In this document: positions 11,581 to 23,230 of the stretch, piece by piece
Layout: every line of letters begins with the position of its first letter
How positions within the stretch are numbered: position 1 is the stretch's first letter
Assembly: GCA_002269645.1 (NCBI GenBank)
Contig: NIVC01001040.1
Span: 1-64,000 of the forward strand
Length of the DNA: 64,000 nucleotides
DNA from: Macrostomum lignano
Lineage: Eukaryota
Direction: 5' to 3'
Notes under the pieces: generated by a model
Database searches by the model: none
What the model saw: the letters and a program-made list of their open reading frames with translations, nothing else
Told to the model about the DNA's origin: nothing
Made by a program: the position numbers and the translations under genes

Positions 11581-14500
11581 TGTGACGGTGGACTTTTCTT
11601 TGTGCCACCCCATTTTTGATAAGTCTATAAATAGACCTGGTGCGCGCCAGAGGGCGATACTTGTTTTTCTCTTTGTTGCGGCTCCGTTAGGAGCCTTTGG
11701 ACAATCATCTCATTCTTATTTATTTACAAGAATGCAACATTGGTGACAGCGGTGCGGGCTCGAAGCACCCGTACAACCTGCGTTCCCAAGACGGGGCGCT
11801 CGGAGAAGGCTCCGAAGACAATGCTGAAGAAGCCAGCGGAATCCAAGATTCAGCTACGCTGGAGGGCGCGAATCTGATGAAGACAATGAAGATGCTCCTG
11901 ACGCACCAGAGTCAGCAGCTACAAGAAATGACTCGCGCGCAAGAAAGACAGTCAGCATTCTACCTGGAGCAACTGGCTCGTCAGCAAGCGGAGTTCACGA
12001 AGCTCCTGGCCGAGTCTAAGCCACGACCACAAGCAGCGGAGCCCAAGCTGTTTAAGCTGACGGACTCTGGTGACATCGAGGCATTCCTGATGACCTTCGA
12101 AAGGGCAGCGGCATCGTGTGGATGGCAAAAGTCAGAGTGGACGATTCGGCTGGCACCGCTACTGACGGGCGTTGCGCAGAGCGCATTCCACAGTCTGACG
12201 ACAGCGGCGAGCGCGTACTACGACTTGGCAAAGGCGACCATCTTAGCGAGATACAACATCGGCGAGGAGACCTACCGACAGCGATTTCGGTCTTTGCGGA
12301 AGGCGCCTGAAGAGACCTTCCAGGTGTTCGCAACGAAGCTGGAAGACCTGTTTGTCCGATGGATGACAGCTGGGCTGGACGAGGATCAGAGAGAGGAACT
12401 GATAAGTGGCGACTCCATCGTCAGGCAGAAAGTGCTTCTGGAGCAGTTTACGGACTCTCTGACAAGAGGACTCCAGGTGTGGATGCGAGAGAGAAAACCG
12501 AAGGACATCAAAGAGGCTGCGAAACTGGCCGATGACTACGCAATGGCAAGAAACAGCGACAAGGGCGGCGGAACACCAGGACACCCGAGCCAAGAGACCG
12601 CTGAGGGGGCGACGGCGTCCAATGCTGTGGACAAACAAAGGACGATTCAGAGACCGCAAAGCCTAAAGCCTAAGATTAGCTGCTTCAACTGCGGAGGCCC
12701 CCACAAGAAGTTTCAGTGTACCAACAAGCCCGCCAATGTCCACTTGGCCTCAGAGGAAAGAGCTATGGATGCTGCTTCGGGCAGGTTCATTACCGGACAT
12801 GCGGATGGCAAAGAACTGCGGTTCCTGATGGATACTGGAGCTGATCGAACTACGATTCGGCGTAGCTGTCTGCCTGAAAACATTAATTGGACAGGACATC
12901 ATGCATTATTGCGTTGTTTTGGCGGCGACGTACACCGTCTTCCAATCGCTAAAGTGGAGCTGCACCTAAAGGGCTACAATAGAACCACTGAGGTTTGTGT
13001 GGCTGACTCACTACCCGTAAGCGCGCTGGTTGGACTGGATTTGATTAGCCAGCTCAAGTTGGAGGGTGGAGACGCCCCGAGTACAGTGCTTGGAAGAGAG
13101 ACGCGCGAGGGGGTTCACGGCCAACCCCTCTCAGCCAATGAGAGAGAAGGGGTGGGTGCGCCGCACCGCCCAATGCCCCAGTCAGAGGGGGACGAGAGGC
13201 TTTTCGCGGAGGGCATCGTGGCTAGCGGCCTTAACCAGATCGATCCGGAGCCGGCTGGCAAAAAAAATCAAGAATAACTAGAGCCCAAGCGCGTAAACAA
13301 CGGCAAGAGTACAACAAAACGAGACAAGAAACTGCAATGCGCCCTATAACATTGGATTACGAGGCGGCCCTACAAGACGACAAGGAGTTGCAAGCAGCGG
13401 TACAAACCAACGACTTGGTGAAGGAAAGCCGCGGCAGACTGTTTCGGCATCGAGCAGCTGGAGAGGACCAACTGGTGCTTCCGAAGGCTCTGCGTGCTAC
13501 GGCGCTGTCCCAGGCCCATGAGAGTGCATTCGCTGGCCACTTGGGAACAAGGAAGACTTGCAACGACTGGAACAGCGATTCTGGTGGCCAACGATGACAA
13601 AGGACGTGAAGGACTTCGTAGCAACGTGCGACAAGTGTCAGAAGACGGCTCGAGTCCCAGGCTATCACAAGGTACCACTAGTCCAAGTGCCTGGAGTGGA
13701 GGAGGCCTTCACCAAAGTTATCATCGATATCAGTGGACCGTATACGAGGACTGCGAGTGGTCACCAGTACATCCTGTCGATTATCGATGCGGCTACTCGA
13801 TTCCCCGAAGGAGTCCCGCTGCGAAAGATCGACGCTGAGTCTGTAGCGAAGGCATTGGTGGACTGCTTCGTGAGGACCGGATTCCCGAGGGAGATCCAGA
13901 GCGATAAGGGTACTAACTTTTCATCAGCACTGCTGCAGGCCCTGTACCGGTGTACCGGGGTCGAGGGCATCCAGTCGACGCCGTACCATCCGCAAAGCCA
14001 GGCGTTGGTGGAGAGGTTCCACGGCACTCTCAAGAATATGTTGAGGAGACTACCAGCTCGCGAGAAAAATAAGTGGGACCAGTACCTACCGTTTCTGCTG
14101 TTCGCCATTCGGGAGGTGCCCAACGAAACAACTGGCTTCTCCCCATTCGAACTGCTGTACGGACGCACTGTGCGGGGACCGCTAGATCTACTGTGGCAGA
14201 CCTGGGATGAGCAGCTCTCCGAAGAGAAGAAGGACATCATCTCGTTCGTGCTGGCCCAGAGAGACCGACTGCGGGCTGGCCAGGAAGCGGCACGGAACAG
14301 CGAAGAGCTAGCACGGAAGCGTCAGAAACTCTGGTACGACCGGCAGTCGCGGGAACGAGAGTTGCAGCCCGGAGATCAGGTGCTGCTGCTGCTGCCATCG
14401 TCATCCAAGAAGCTTCACGCTGAATGGCGCGGTCCCTATGAAGTACTGGAGAGGTGCAGCAATGTGAACTACCGGATCCGGATGGGCCCTGCGACAAACA

Positions 14501-16341
14501 CGTTTCATGTCAACCTGCTTAAGAAGTACAATTCACGGGAGACGGTTTTGATGCAGCTTCCAGCGGCAGCTACGAGTGCTCCTGAGTTGTCCGAACATCT
14601 GACACCGGCCGAGAGAGATCGTCTCCTGCAGCTGGTGCAGGACTTCGCGGGCGTCTTCAGCGAGATCCCGGGCAGGACTGACCTAGTGGAGCACCGTATC
14701 CGGACGACATCTGACCGCGTAGTGCGCATCCGGCCGCGACGGGAGCCGCAGGCGCATCAGCAGGTGCTCCAAGAGGAGATTCAACGCATGCTGGACCTCG
14801 GGGTGATCGAACCATCTGACAGTGACTACTGCTCCCCGGTCTGTCTGGTGGCCAAGAAAGACAGCTCAGTCCGGTTCACTGTCAACTTCAAGGCGCTGAA
14901 TGAGCTTGTGGCCTTCGACTCGTATCCGATGAAGAACATCGAGAACCTACTGGAGCGGGTCGCCAAGGCCAAGTTCATATCTAAGCTAGACTGCTGCAAG
15001 GGCTACTGGCAAATTCCACTGTACGAGGATTCAAAGCGATTGACGGCTTTCGCGGCCTGCGGCAAGCTGTATCAATTTACTGTGATGCCCATGGGCTTAA
15101 ACTGCAGCAGCGCGACGTACCAAAGGCTCATGGACAAGCTGTTCCAAGGGCTGGACAACGCGGACTCCTACATCGATGACATCGCCGTGTTTAGCGCGAC
15201 TTTCGAGCAGCACGTCGAGGACCTGAGAGAAGTGTTCGGTCGCCTTAAGGCTGCCGGTCTAACGGTGCAGCCCCGAAAGTGCTACCTGGGCGGCAACTCT
15301 GCTGACTACCTGGGTTTCAAGCTCGGCGGAGGCGAGATCGGTACAAGCGAGGACCGAGTGCCGACAATCACGGCGCTGGCTCAGCCCCGGACCAAGGCTC
15401 AGCTGCGATCTGTGCTCGGAGTGCTCAACCACTACCGTCGGTTCGTGCCCGATTACTCAGAAAAGGTGGCGGCCTGACGGACCTCACGAAGAAGTCGGCA
15501 CCCGATGACCTGACGGCGGCCTGGGGAGAGCAGCAGACACGAGCCTTCGAGGCAGTGAAATCTCTGCTGGCGAGCGAGCCGATGCTGCGCGCGCCGGACT
15601 ACAGTCGGCAGTTTATCTTGGAGACTGACAGCTCGGAGACTGGGATCGGCGCGGTGCTAACGCAAGAACTCGAGGACGGCATCCATCCCGTGCTCTTCGT
15701 ATCTCGGCGGTTGACTTCGGCGGAGTGGAGCTACGCGACGATCGAGAAGAAGTGCCTCGCCGTGCGCTGGGCGGTCAAGAAGCTGCGGCACTACCTGCTA
15801 GGCCGCCGGTTCGTCATCAAGTCCGACCATAAGCCGCTGCAGTACCTGCAGATGGACCACGCCAACCCACGACTCCAGCGGTGGGCCTTCTATCTGTCCG
15901 GCTATGACTACGAGATCCAGTACCAGCCAGGCGAAAGCAACACGGTGGCCGATGGTCTCAGCAGGATCTGGGCTAGTGACCGACCAAGTGATTTAGTGAC
16001 AGACCAAGTGATTTAGTGACTGACCAAGTGATTTAGAGACTGACTGAGCGATTTAACTTTTATTCAAGTCATTAGTGGCCAAGTTTGGATTGTTTTTTTT
16101 TGTAAGACTTATCCGAACTTTGCGTGACCCTGCGATTGATTTTGGCTTGCGATTTTTCCGGCTTCGATCTTTTAGTGGAGGGTGTGACGGTGGACTTTTC
16201 TTTGTGCCACCCCATTTTTGATAAGTCTATAAATAGACCTGGTGCGCGCCAGAGGGCGATACTTGTTTTTCTCTTTGTTGCGGCTCAGTTAGGAGCCTTT
16301 AGACAATCATCTTATTCTTATTTATTTACAAGAATGCAACA
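11581..16341 (+). mobile_element. Ty3/gypsy LTR retrotransposon of Gmr1 type (gag-PR-IN-RT-RH), three frameshifts
   Basis: 159-bp TG...CA LTRs at 11581-11739 and 16183-16341 (3 differences). PBS TGGTGACAGCGGTG at 11741. Purine tract before the 3' LTR. TSD GTACG/GTGCG. SCAN-like gag, CCHC knuckle CFNCGGPHKKFQC, protease MDTGAD, integrase HHCC and core before RT (YIDD), RNase H (ETDSS). Confidence 0.93.
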
Positions 16342-16825
16342 GTGCGATACGAAAAAACCATGCAGGCCATCTTTCGCCTAAACATGGACGACCTATTGAT
16401 TGTCGCATGCAAATATAGGGGGCGGGTGGAATTTTTGAATAAAGCTACTCTCCCGCTATCTCATTTAGAACTCCGCTTATCGTACAGCGGTGCTGCTCCA
16501 CATCGACACTGCCCTGTCATTTAACACTGCCCTTTCATTAAACGCTGCCCTCCGTCTCTATATTACAAGTGCGTCAAAGTTGAACTAACCCATACTGATC
16601 TTGAAGATAAAGAAAAGAATCGGCCTCAGTCCATTTAAACAAATTTCTCTGCACAGGGAGAGCTCAGAGATTTCAGTCCGTGACAGCGGCACTTTTGCTG
16701 CTGCTGCTGAGCTGGCAGGCAAATTCGCTTGAAGAAGAGCAAAGCACTCAGTTTGAAGCCGTGTGGAACAGCTGCGGCAGACAGCAGATCGGCAGAGAAG
16801 CGCTGCTAGGAGAAGCAGTGTAGCC

Positions 16826-19800
16826 ATGGCAACACAGATGGAGCGGAAGCTGAGAGCGGCGCTGGAGGCTGGAGACAGCGAGGAGCTGCAGCGACTGTGC
16901 GGTGAGGTCGGCAGCAACATCGAGCTGGATGTGGGCGGGTTCGACAAGCAAGACTATCCCTTTGAAGAGGTTCGCCGAATGCCGCTGGCCCATCACGTGG
17001 CCTGCAAGCCGGTGAGCTCGTCGTGCCTGGAGCTGCTGATTGACAGATTCGGAACCGGCTGTCTGACATATGGAAATGGTAGGCTTATTCGTGAGACTCC
17101 AGTGCACTTGGCTGCCCAGCATCAGGACGAATCTTGGATGAAGCTGGTTAAAGAGAAGGGAGGCAGAGGCTGCTTGAGAATTGCCAATGAAGATGGAAAG
17201 ACAGTCGCTCACTTTGCCGCTATGAACAGAAAAAGCAACTCTTGTCTGAAGTGGCTGGTGAAGGAGCTCGGCAGCGACTGTCTCACAGTTCCTGACAAAT
17301 ACGGTAACACGGCCGTCCATTTGTCCGCTGAGCATCAGGGCATCGAGTCGCTGGAGTGGATCAAGAGACAGATCGGAACTGACTGCTTTCGGCTGAACAG
17401 AGGGTTCTGGAAGAGAACGGCATTTCACTTTGCTGCTCAGAAGTCTGACAATTCAAATCTGAAGTGGCTGGTGAAGGAGGTCGGCAGCGACTGTCTCACA
17501 GTTCCTGACAAAGACGGTAACACGGCCGTCCATTTGGCTGCTTGGCATCAGGGCATCGAGTCGCTGGAGTGGATCAAGAGACAGATCGGAACTGACTGCT
17601 TTCGGCTGAAGACAAAGAGTAATAGAACAGCATTTCAATTTGCTGCTGAGAAGTCTGACAATTCAAAACTGAAGTGGCTGGTGAAGGAGCTCGGCAGCGA
17701 CTGTCTCACAGTTCCTGACGAATACGGTAACACGGCCGTCCATTTGGCCGCTCAGCATCAGGGCATCGAGTCGCTGGAGTGGATCAAGAGACAGATCGGA
17801 GCTGACTGCTTTCGGCTGAAGGGATTGTTGGATAGAACAGCATTTCAATTTGCTGCTGAGAAGTCTGACAATTCAAATCTGAAGTGGCTGGTGAAGGAGC
17901 TCGGCAGCGACTGTCTCACAGTTCCTGACTCTAGAGGTGACACGGCCGTCCATTTGGCGGCTCAGCATCAGGGCATCGAGTCGCTGGAGTGGATCAAGAG
18001 ACAGATCGGAACTGACTGCTTTCGGCTGAAAGGAAGGCTCGATAGAACAGCATTTCACTTTGCTGCTAAAAAGTCTGACAATTCAAATCTGAAGTGGCTG
18101 GTGAAGGAGCTCGGCAACGACTGTCTCACAGTTCCTGACAGTTACGGTAACACGGCCGTCCATTTGGCCGCTAAGCATCAGGGCATCGAGTCGCTGGAGT
18201 GGATCAAGAGACAGATCGGAGCTGACTGCTTTCGGCTGAAGGGATGGTTGGATAAAACGGCATTTCACTTTGCTGCTGAGAAGTCTGACAATTCAAATCT
18301 GAAGTGGCTGGTGAAGGAGCTCGGCAGCCACTGTCTCACAGTTCCTGACGAATACGGTAACACGGCCGTCCATTTGGCCGCTCGGCATCAGCCAGTCGAC
18401 TCTCTGCAGTTCATTTTTGACCAAATCGGAGCCGAAATGTTCAGCTTGAAGAACAACAGGGGCGAAACACCGGCTGATGTTGTTGCGAGTCGGTGGTGCT
18501 ACGCAGACCAGTCAGAAAAGCGGGACTGGATTTCTTCCACGCAGCGGCGGCTCGAAGCCTCTCGGCCTCCCGCTGGCAGCTCAGCGCCGACTGCCGCCTC
18601 AGCTGGGTGAGTCCTGACTGAGAGCTGCTGCCTGACACTGAAAATACTGAAAATATTGTTTGGCGAAAATTCATTGCGCTTTGATGATCGGCGCCCTGAA
18701 ATTCTCAGCAGCGCCGCAGTCAAGCGAGGGCGTCATGAATCTGTCAGTGCAGCTCCTCATGGCGCCTCCAATCTCCCCATGGCGCCCCCAACCTCCCCAA
18801 GGCCACCCCAACTTCCCCATGGCGCCTCTAATCTCCACAAAGCGCCCCCAAACTTCCCACAGCTCGATTCCAGGAGTTTTTTAACACAAAGCATCAGCGA
18901 GTTCAAGTGCCATCAAAGTCTCCGAAGTTTCAAACTCTCCGATTTTAGTCTGAATGTACTTGGTGTGATGTTCAAAATATTGGCACTTGAATGATTTGAG
19001 AGCCTCCAATCTCTTCGTGGCGCCGCAATCTCCCGATCGCGCCCCAATGTCCACATAGCGCCACCCAAAGCTCAATCTGCAAGGCTTTTTATACACGAAG
19101 CATTAGCAGAGTTTAAGTGCCGCCTTGGCGACCCAGACATGTTTAACGGGCTCACTCGTAAAACTCTTCCTACAGCGCTGCAGCTCCGCGTCCCCGCCCA
19201 CGAGCTCGACAGAGCCTCCAGCCGCCTGGGCCGACTCCGGTCGGACTGCCTGAGGAGACTCGGTGAGAAATGATGAGGCGACAGTTGGTGATGGTGAACT
19301 CGTCAAAACCTGCAGTCTGAGCGCAGGCAACCAGCCAAAAGGAACCTGGCACTTCATGGCGCCCGAGGATGCTCATGGCAGAGGGATGGTGACGCAGAAG
19401 GGTGGTGACGCAGAAGGGTGGTGACGCAGAAGGGTGGTGACGCAGAAGGGTGGTGACGCAGAAGGGTGGTGACGCAGAAGGGTGGTGATGCAGAAGGGTG
19501 GTGACGCAGAAGGGTGGTGACGCAGAAGGGTGGTGACGCAGAAGGGCGGTGACGCAGAAGGGTGGTGACGCAGAAGGGTGGTGACGCAGAAGGTTGGTGA
19601 CGCAGAAGGGTGGTGACGCAGAAGGGTGGTGACGCAGGAGGGTGGTGACGCAGAAGGGCGGTGACGATGAAGGGTGGTGACGCAGAAGGGTGGTGACGCA
19701 GAAGGCTGGTGACGCAGAAGGGTGGTGACGCAGAAGGGTGGTGACGCAGAAGGCTGGTGACGCAGTAGACTGAGTGACTCCAAAGTACTCAGAAAGCCCC

Positions 19801-20848
19801 AAGCAACACAAAATTCATCGAATTCCTTCATTTCATGTTTCAGCGCCAAGAAGCAGCTGGACCCCAGCTTCACCGACTGGGACTTCATCCTGCAGGACAA
19901 CAAGAAGCAGCTCATCGGCCGTGGCGGATTCGGTGAGGTGTACAAGGCCCTCACAGACCGCAACCAGACGGTGGCTGTCAAGGTGCTGCCCCTGAGCGGC
20001 ACCGGCCAATCGGGGAAGCTGCAGAAAGCCGTCGAGATGGAGAAGCGGGGAGTTGAGATCATCAAGCGACTCTCGCATCCCAACATTCTGCAGTTCCTCA
20101 AGTGCGAGCAGAAGTCGGACGGGCTGTACATCTTCACCGAGCTGGTCTCGGGTCACAGCCTCTTTGAGCTGATGCAGCGTCAGAACAAGCCGTTCAAGGA
20201 GTCCGGGGTCAGGGACTTCTCCAGACAGGTGCGTCTCTGAGTTCTCTGGCATTTTCTGGTAAGGGTGGGATCAGGGTGGAATCAGTGTGGGATCAGGGTG
20301 GGATCAGTGTGGAATCAGTGTGGGATGCACTTTTTGACTACTCAAAACTGCTCCACCTGCAGATCTGCTCAGGCCTAAACTTCCTGCACTGCCAGCCGGA
20401 GGGCGCCATCTTGCACCGTGATATCAAGAGCTCTAATATTATGCTCACCAACGAGGGCGTCATCAAGCTGATCGACTTCGGCCTCGCTAAGGAGATCGTC
20501 GGCACCTGCGGCCTGAGCACAGGCGTCGATCCCAAAGGCACCCCCTACTTCATGGCGCCCGAGCTGTTCATGGGCGAGGGCGATTCGATTCCGTATTCAG
20601 CCAAGACCGACGTGTGGGCCTTTGGCTGCACCGTGTATGAGCTGACGGCCATGGAGCCTCCTGACGCGAACGTTCCGCAAATCAGGATCGGCATCGTGAG
20701 GTGCGGAGGGCGGGCGATGCCTCGGATTGCGGACGGGTTCTCAGCCGGCATGAAGGACTTCTACCTCAGGTGCGTAGACTATGACCCGAGGAAGCGAGCG
20801 GACACCACGGAGCTGCTGCGGCACAGCTTCCTGAGTGCCTCATCGTGA
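16826..20848 (+). CDS. Ankyrin-repeat / STE(MAP3K)-like Ser/Thr kinase fusion, 883 aa (exons 16826-18606, 19844-20228, 20363-20848)
   Basis: GCCATGG start. Phase-2 GG|GTGAGT donor at 18607 matches the phase-2 tttcag|C acceptor at 19843. Phase-0 intron 20229-20362. Kinase motifs [40 protein letters not shown]. Spliced length 2652 nt with no stop. Confidence 0.85.
17260..18400 (+). repeat. Coding tandem repeat of 210 bp (70 aa, two ankyrin units), about 5.5 copies
   Basis: gttcctgac recurs at a 210-nt period (first unit 213). Confidence 0.95.
19385..19765. repeat. 16-bp minisatellite in intron 1 of the ankyrin-kinase gene
   Basis: Unit gcagaagggtggtgac, same as 10990-11205. Confidence 0.95.
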
Positions 20849-20914
20849 CTGCGAGAGCGATGGGCTGTGAGGGAGCGGAGCGGCTCTTGGAGCGGGCGGT
20901 TTTGATTGCTGACG

Positions 20915-21105
20915 TTGTCTGCTTTTGTTTATCCGATTGACCTTTTTGTTTATCCGATTCCTCTTTTTGTTTATTCGATTTCCCTTTTTGTTTATCCGAT
21001 TGACCTTTTTGTTTATTCGATTGCCCTTTTTGTTTATCTGATTGCCCTTTTTGTTTATCCGATTGACCTTTTTGTTTATCTGATTGCCCTTTATGTTTAT
21101 CCGGC
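20915..21105. repeat. 21-bp minisatellite (ccctttttgtttatccgattg)
   Basis: Direct tandem array downstream of the kinase stop. Confidence 0.9.
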
Positions 21106-21599
21106 TGCTTTGTTTGTTCGAACTGCTCATTCTGCTCATTCAGATTTTGAATTTTGAATTATCGTTTTGTCTATCGATCACCCTGCTGCTTCCCGATGCC
21201 CGGATCAGTTATCCAATCACAGTTTCGCTTATTCGGCTGCGATTCGGAATTCAAATTTTATTTATTTGACTGCCGGGTTTGTTTTACCGGTTGCTCCTTT
21301 CAATTAATGAGACATTTTTGTGCTGACTCGAGTGCCCTTTCAGTTTCAAGCTGATCAATGTTGATTTTGAAACTCTGGCACAAAGCCAATCACAATTTCC
21401 CCAATCTGCTCAGACTGCTCAATACCTACTCCAGATTTTGTGTTGCCGAGAATTTTTCACATTTTTCAGCCACCGGTTTGGCGCTTTTTCCGGCACTGAT
21501 TTTTTTATTTATTTTTGGACTGACTTTTTATTAGCAACTGTTGGAGCAGGAAGTCCAGCGCTTACTCAAGACTTCTCAGTTAAATATACAGGCACCGCT

Positions 21600-21917
21600 T
21601 GGCTTGCCGTGACCCGCTGTGTCCTGACTTGCCGTGACCCGCTGTGTCCTGACTTGCCGTGACCCGCTGTGTCCTGACTTGCCGTGACCCGCTGTGTCCT
21701 GACTTGCCGTGACCCGCTGTGTCCTGACTTTCCGTGACCCGCTGTGTCCTGACTTGCCGTGACCCGCTGTGTCCTGACTTGCCGTGACCCGCTGTGTCCT
21801 GACTTGGCGTGACCCGCTGTGTCCTAACTTGGCGTGACCCGCTGTGTCCTGACTTGCCGTGACCCGCTGTGTCCTGACTTGGCGTGACCCGCTGTGTCCT
21901 GACTTGCCGTGACCCGC
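21600..21917. repeat. 25-bp minisatellite, about 13 copies (gccgtgacccgctgtgtcctgactt); further units at 22324-22364 and 25405-25417
   Basis: Direct tandem array. Confidence 0.95.
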
Positions 21918-22731
21918 TCATAACGCCTTTGCAGCCTACTCAATTCTGTACAGATTATCTGCTTTATAAAGCTTCTAAACTGGAGGATATAAAGTATTGT
22001 CTGCTACTTTATAGAGACTAGGAGGCAATGATTGAAATAACAGAAACTTTATTCATTTTGACTGCAATGAAATATTGCGTATTGACGTTACTTTACTGTA
22101 CGCCCGCCGCTCCTACATGTAAATATAGCGCCAAACTGTGCTTCATGTTAAAGAAAACAAAATTTCGAGCAACCTGGCGAAAAAATTATCTTTCAAGTGC
22201 AACCAGTCCGGAGTTAATAGCATTTAAAGTTTAGCTGCAATGCAAACAAGCGGGCCTTCAAATAATTTTGCAATATTTACGAGTGTTGCGTCCTGATACA
22301 ACGGTAACTTCTAGTGGTCCTTGGACCCGCTGTGTCCTGACTTGCCGTGACCCGCTGTGTCCTGAGTAGTATATACGGTACAAAATCACCAGCAAACCCT
22401 TCTCATAATTCAAACGATTTAACCCTTTATCAGTGTGAAATGACTCGTTTTCCCTTCATTATCGCTCGTCTTTACTTCGCTCAACTCGTTTCGTTCATCC
22501 TCGCTTCATTTCGGTCAATCTCCTCATTTCACACTTACAACGATTAATTCCCATTGAATTATGAGAATACGCTCTCGTCGTTCGCTTTGGTTTGCTAGTG
22601 ATTTTGTACCGTACCCAACTCATCCAACTCTTCTAACTCTTCTAACACTTCCAACTCTCCCCAACACACACAAACACTCTATAACCCGCTGCCGCGCCGC
22701 AGGCGCGAAGGGTCTTTTTCTGTTACTAAAA

Positions 22732-23052
22732 ATGAACCGAGTTTACACCTTTTCTGTTAGTGATACTTTTGAGACCGTTGCTAAAAATGCAGAGATAATA
22801 AAACAGCATATTTTGAATGGAATAATTGATGAAGTTTATTTAAAATATGATGATAAGCACGATCTAAAACTTTATCCGTTAGAGTTGGATGGGATGTATG
22901 ATCTAGAACAAGAGGGTGAGTTAATATTTCAACTTGGAGATTATTTAAATTCTGATGATTGGGAGACTCGTTCAGATGATTCCAACTCAACAAATAGCTC
23001 ATATGAAACTAGCGATTCGGATAATTATTATGAAAAATATTTTAAAAAATGA
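22732..23052 (+). CDS. Polinton-derivative ORF, 106 aa acidic hypothetical protein
   Basis: ATG sits at the inner edge of the left TIR; MNRVYTFSVSDTFETVAKN...YYEKYFKK. Confidence 0.6.
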   Translation: MNRVYTFSVSDTFETVAKNAEIIKQHILNGIIDEVYLKYDDKHDLKLYPLELDGMYDLEQEGELIFQLGDYLNSDDWETRSDDSNSTNSSYETSDSDNYYEKYFKK

Positions 23053-23216
23053 AGGTAAATTATTCGTACATCGGAAACGTACCGATTGATGAACTTAATG
23101 AAAATTTAAGTCTAATTACTGTTGAACAAATGTCAATAATAATATTAGTAACAATAATAGTAATAATATTGTTTTTGTTTGTTATAAAAAATTTACTACC
23201 ATGTCAACTGCCTTAA
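23049..23216 (+). CDS. Polinton-derivative small membrane protein, 55 aa (not in ORF track)
   Basis: ATGA overlap with the previous stop. MKVNYSYIGNVPIDELNENLSLITVEQMSIIILVTIIVIILFLFVIKNLLPCQLP contains one hydrophobic stretch. Confidence 0.5.
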   Translation: MKVNYSYIGNVPIDELNENLSLITVEQMSIIILVTIIVIILFLFVIKNLLPCQLP

Positions 23217-23230
23217 GTAACTGTTCGAAC

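Noticed and set aside
12052-14729. Numerous antisense and overlapping ORFs inside the Gmr1 element (and likewise within 26737-30596 and 35352-36969)
   Set aside because: Shadow ORFs of GC-rich retroelement coding sequence with no recognisable motifs.
22245-22325. Possible Helitron 3' end (hairpin + CTAG-T), with a second copy at about 57895-57965 on the minus strand
   Set aside because: Similarity between the two copies continues past CTAGT, so it is not the element boundary. It is left as an unclassified ~80-bp repeat.
22561-22731. Shared N-terminus MRIRSRRSLWF... of the 163-aa and 197-aa ORFs
   Set aside because: Identical only because both read through the TIR. More plausible starts are the ATGs at 22732 and 25025.
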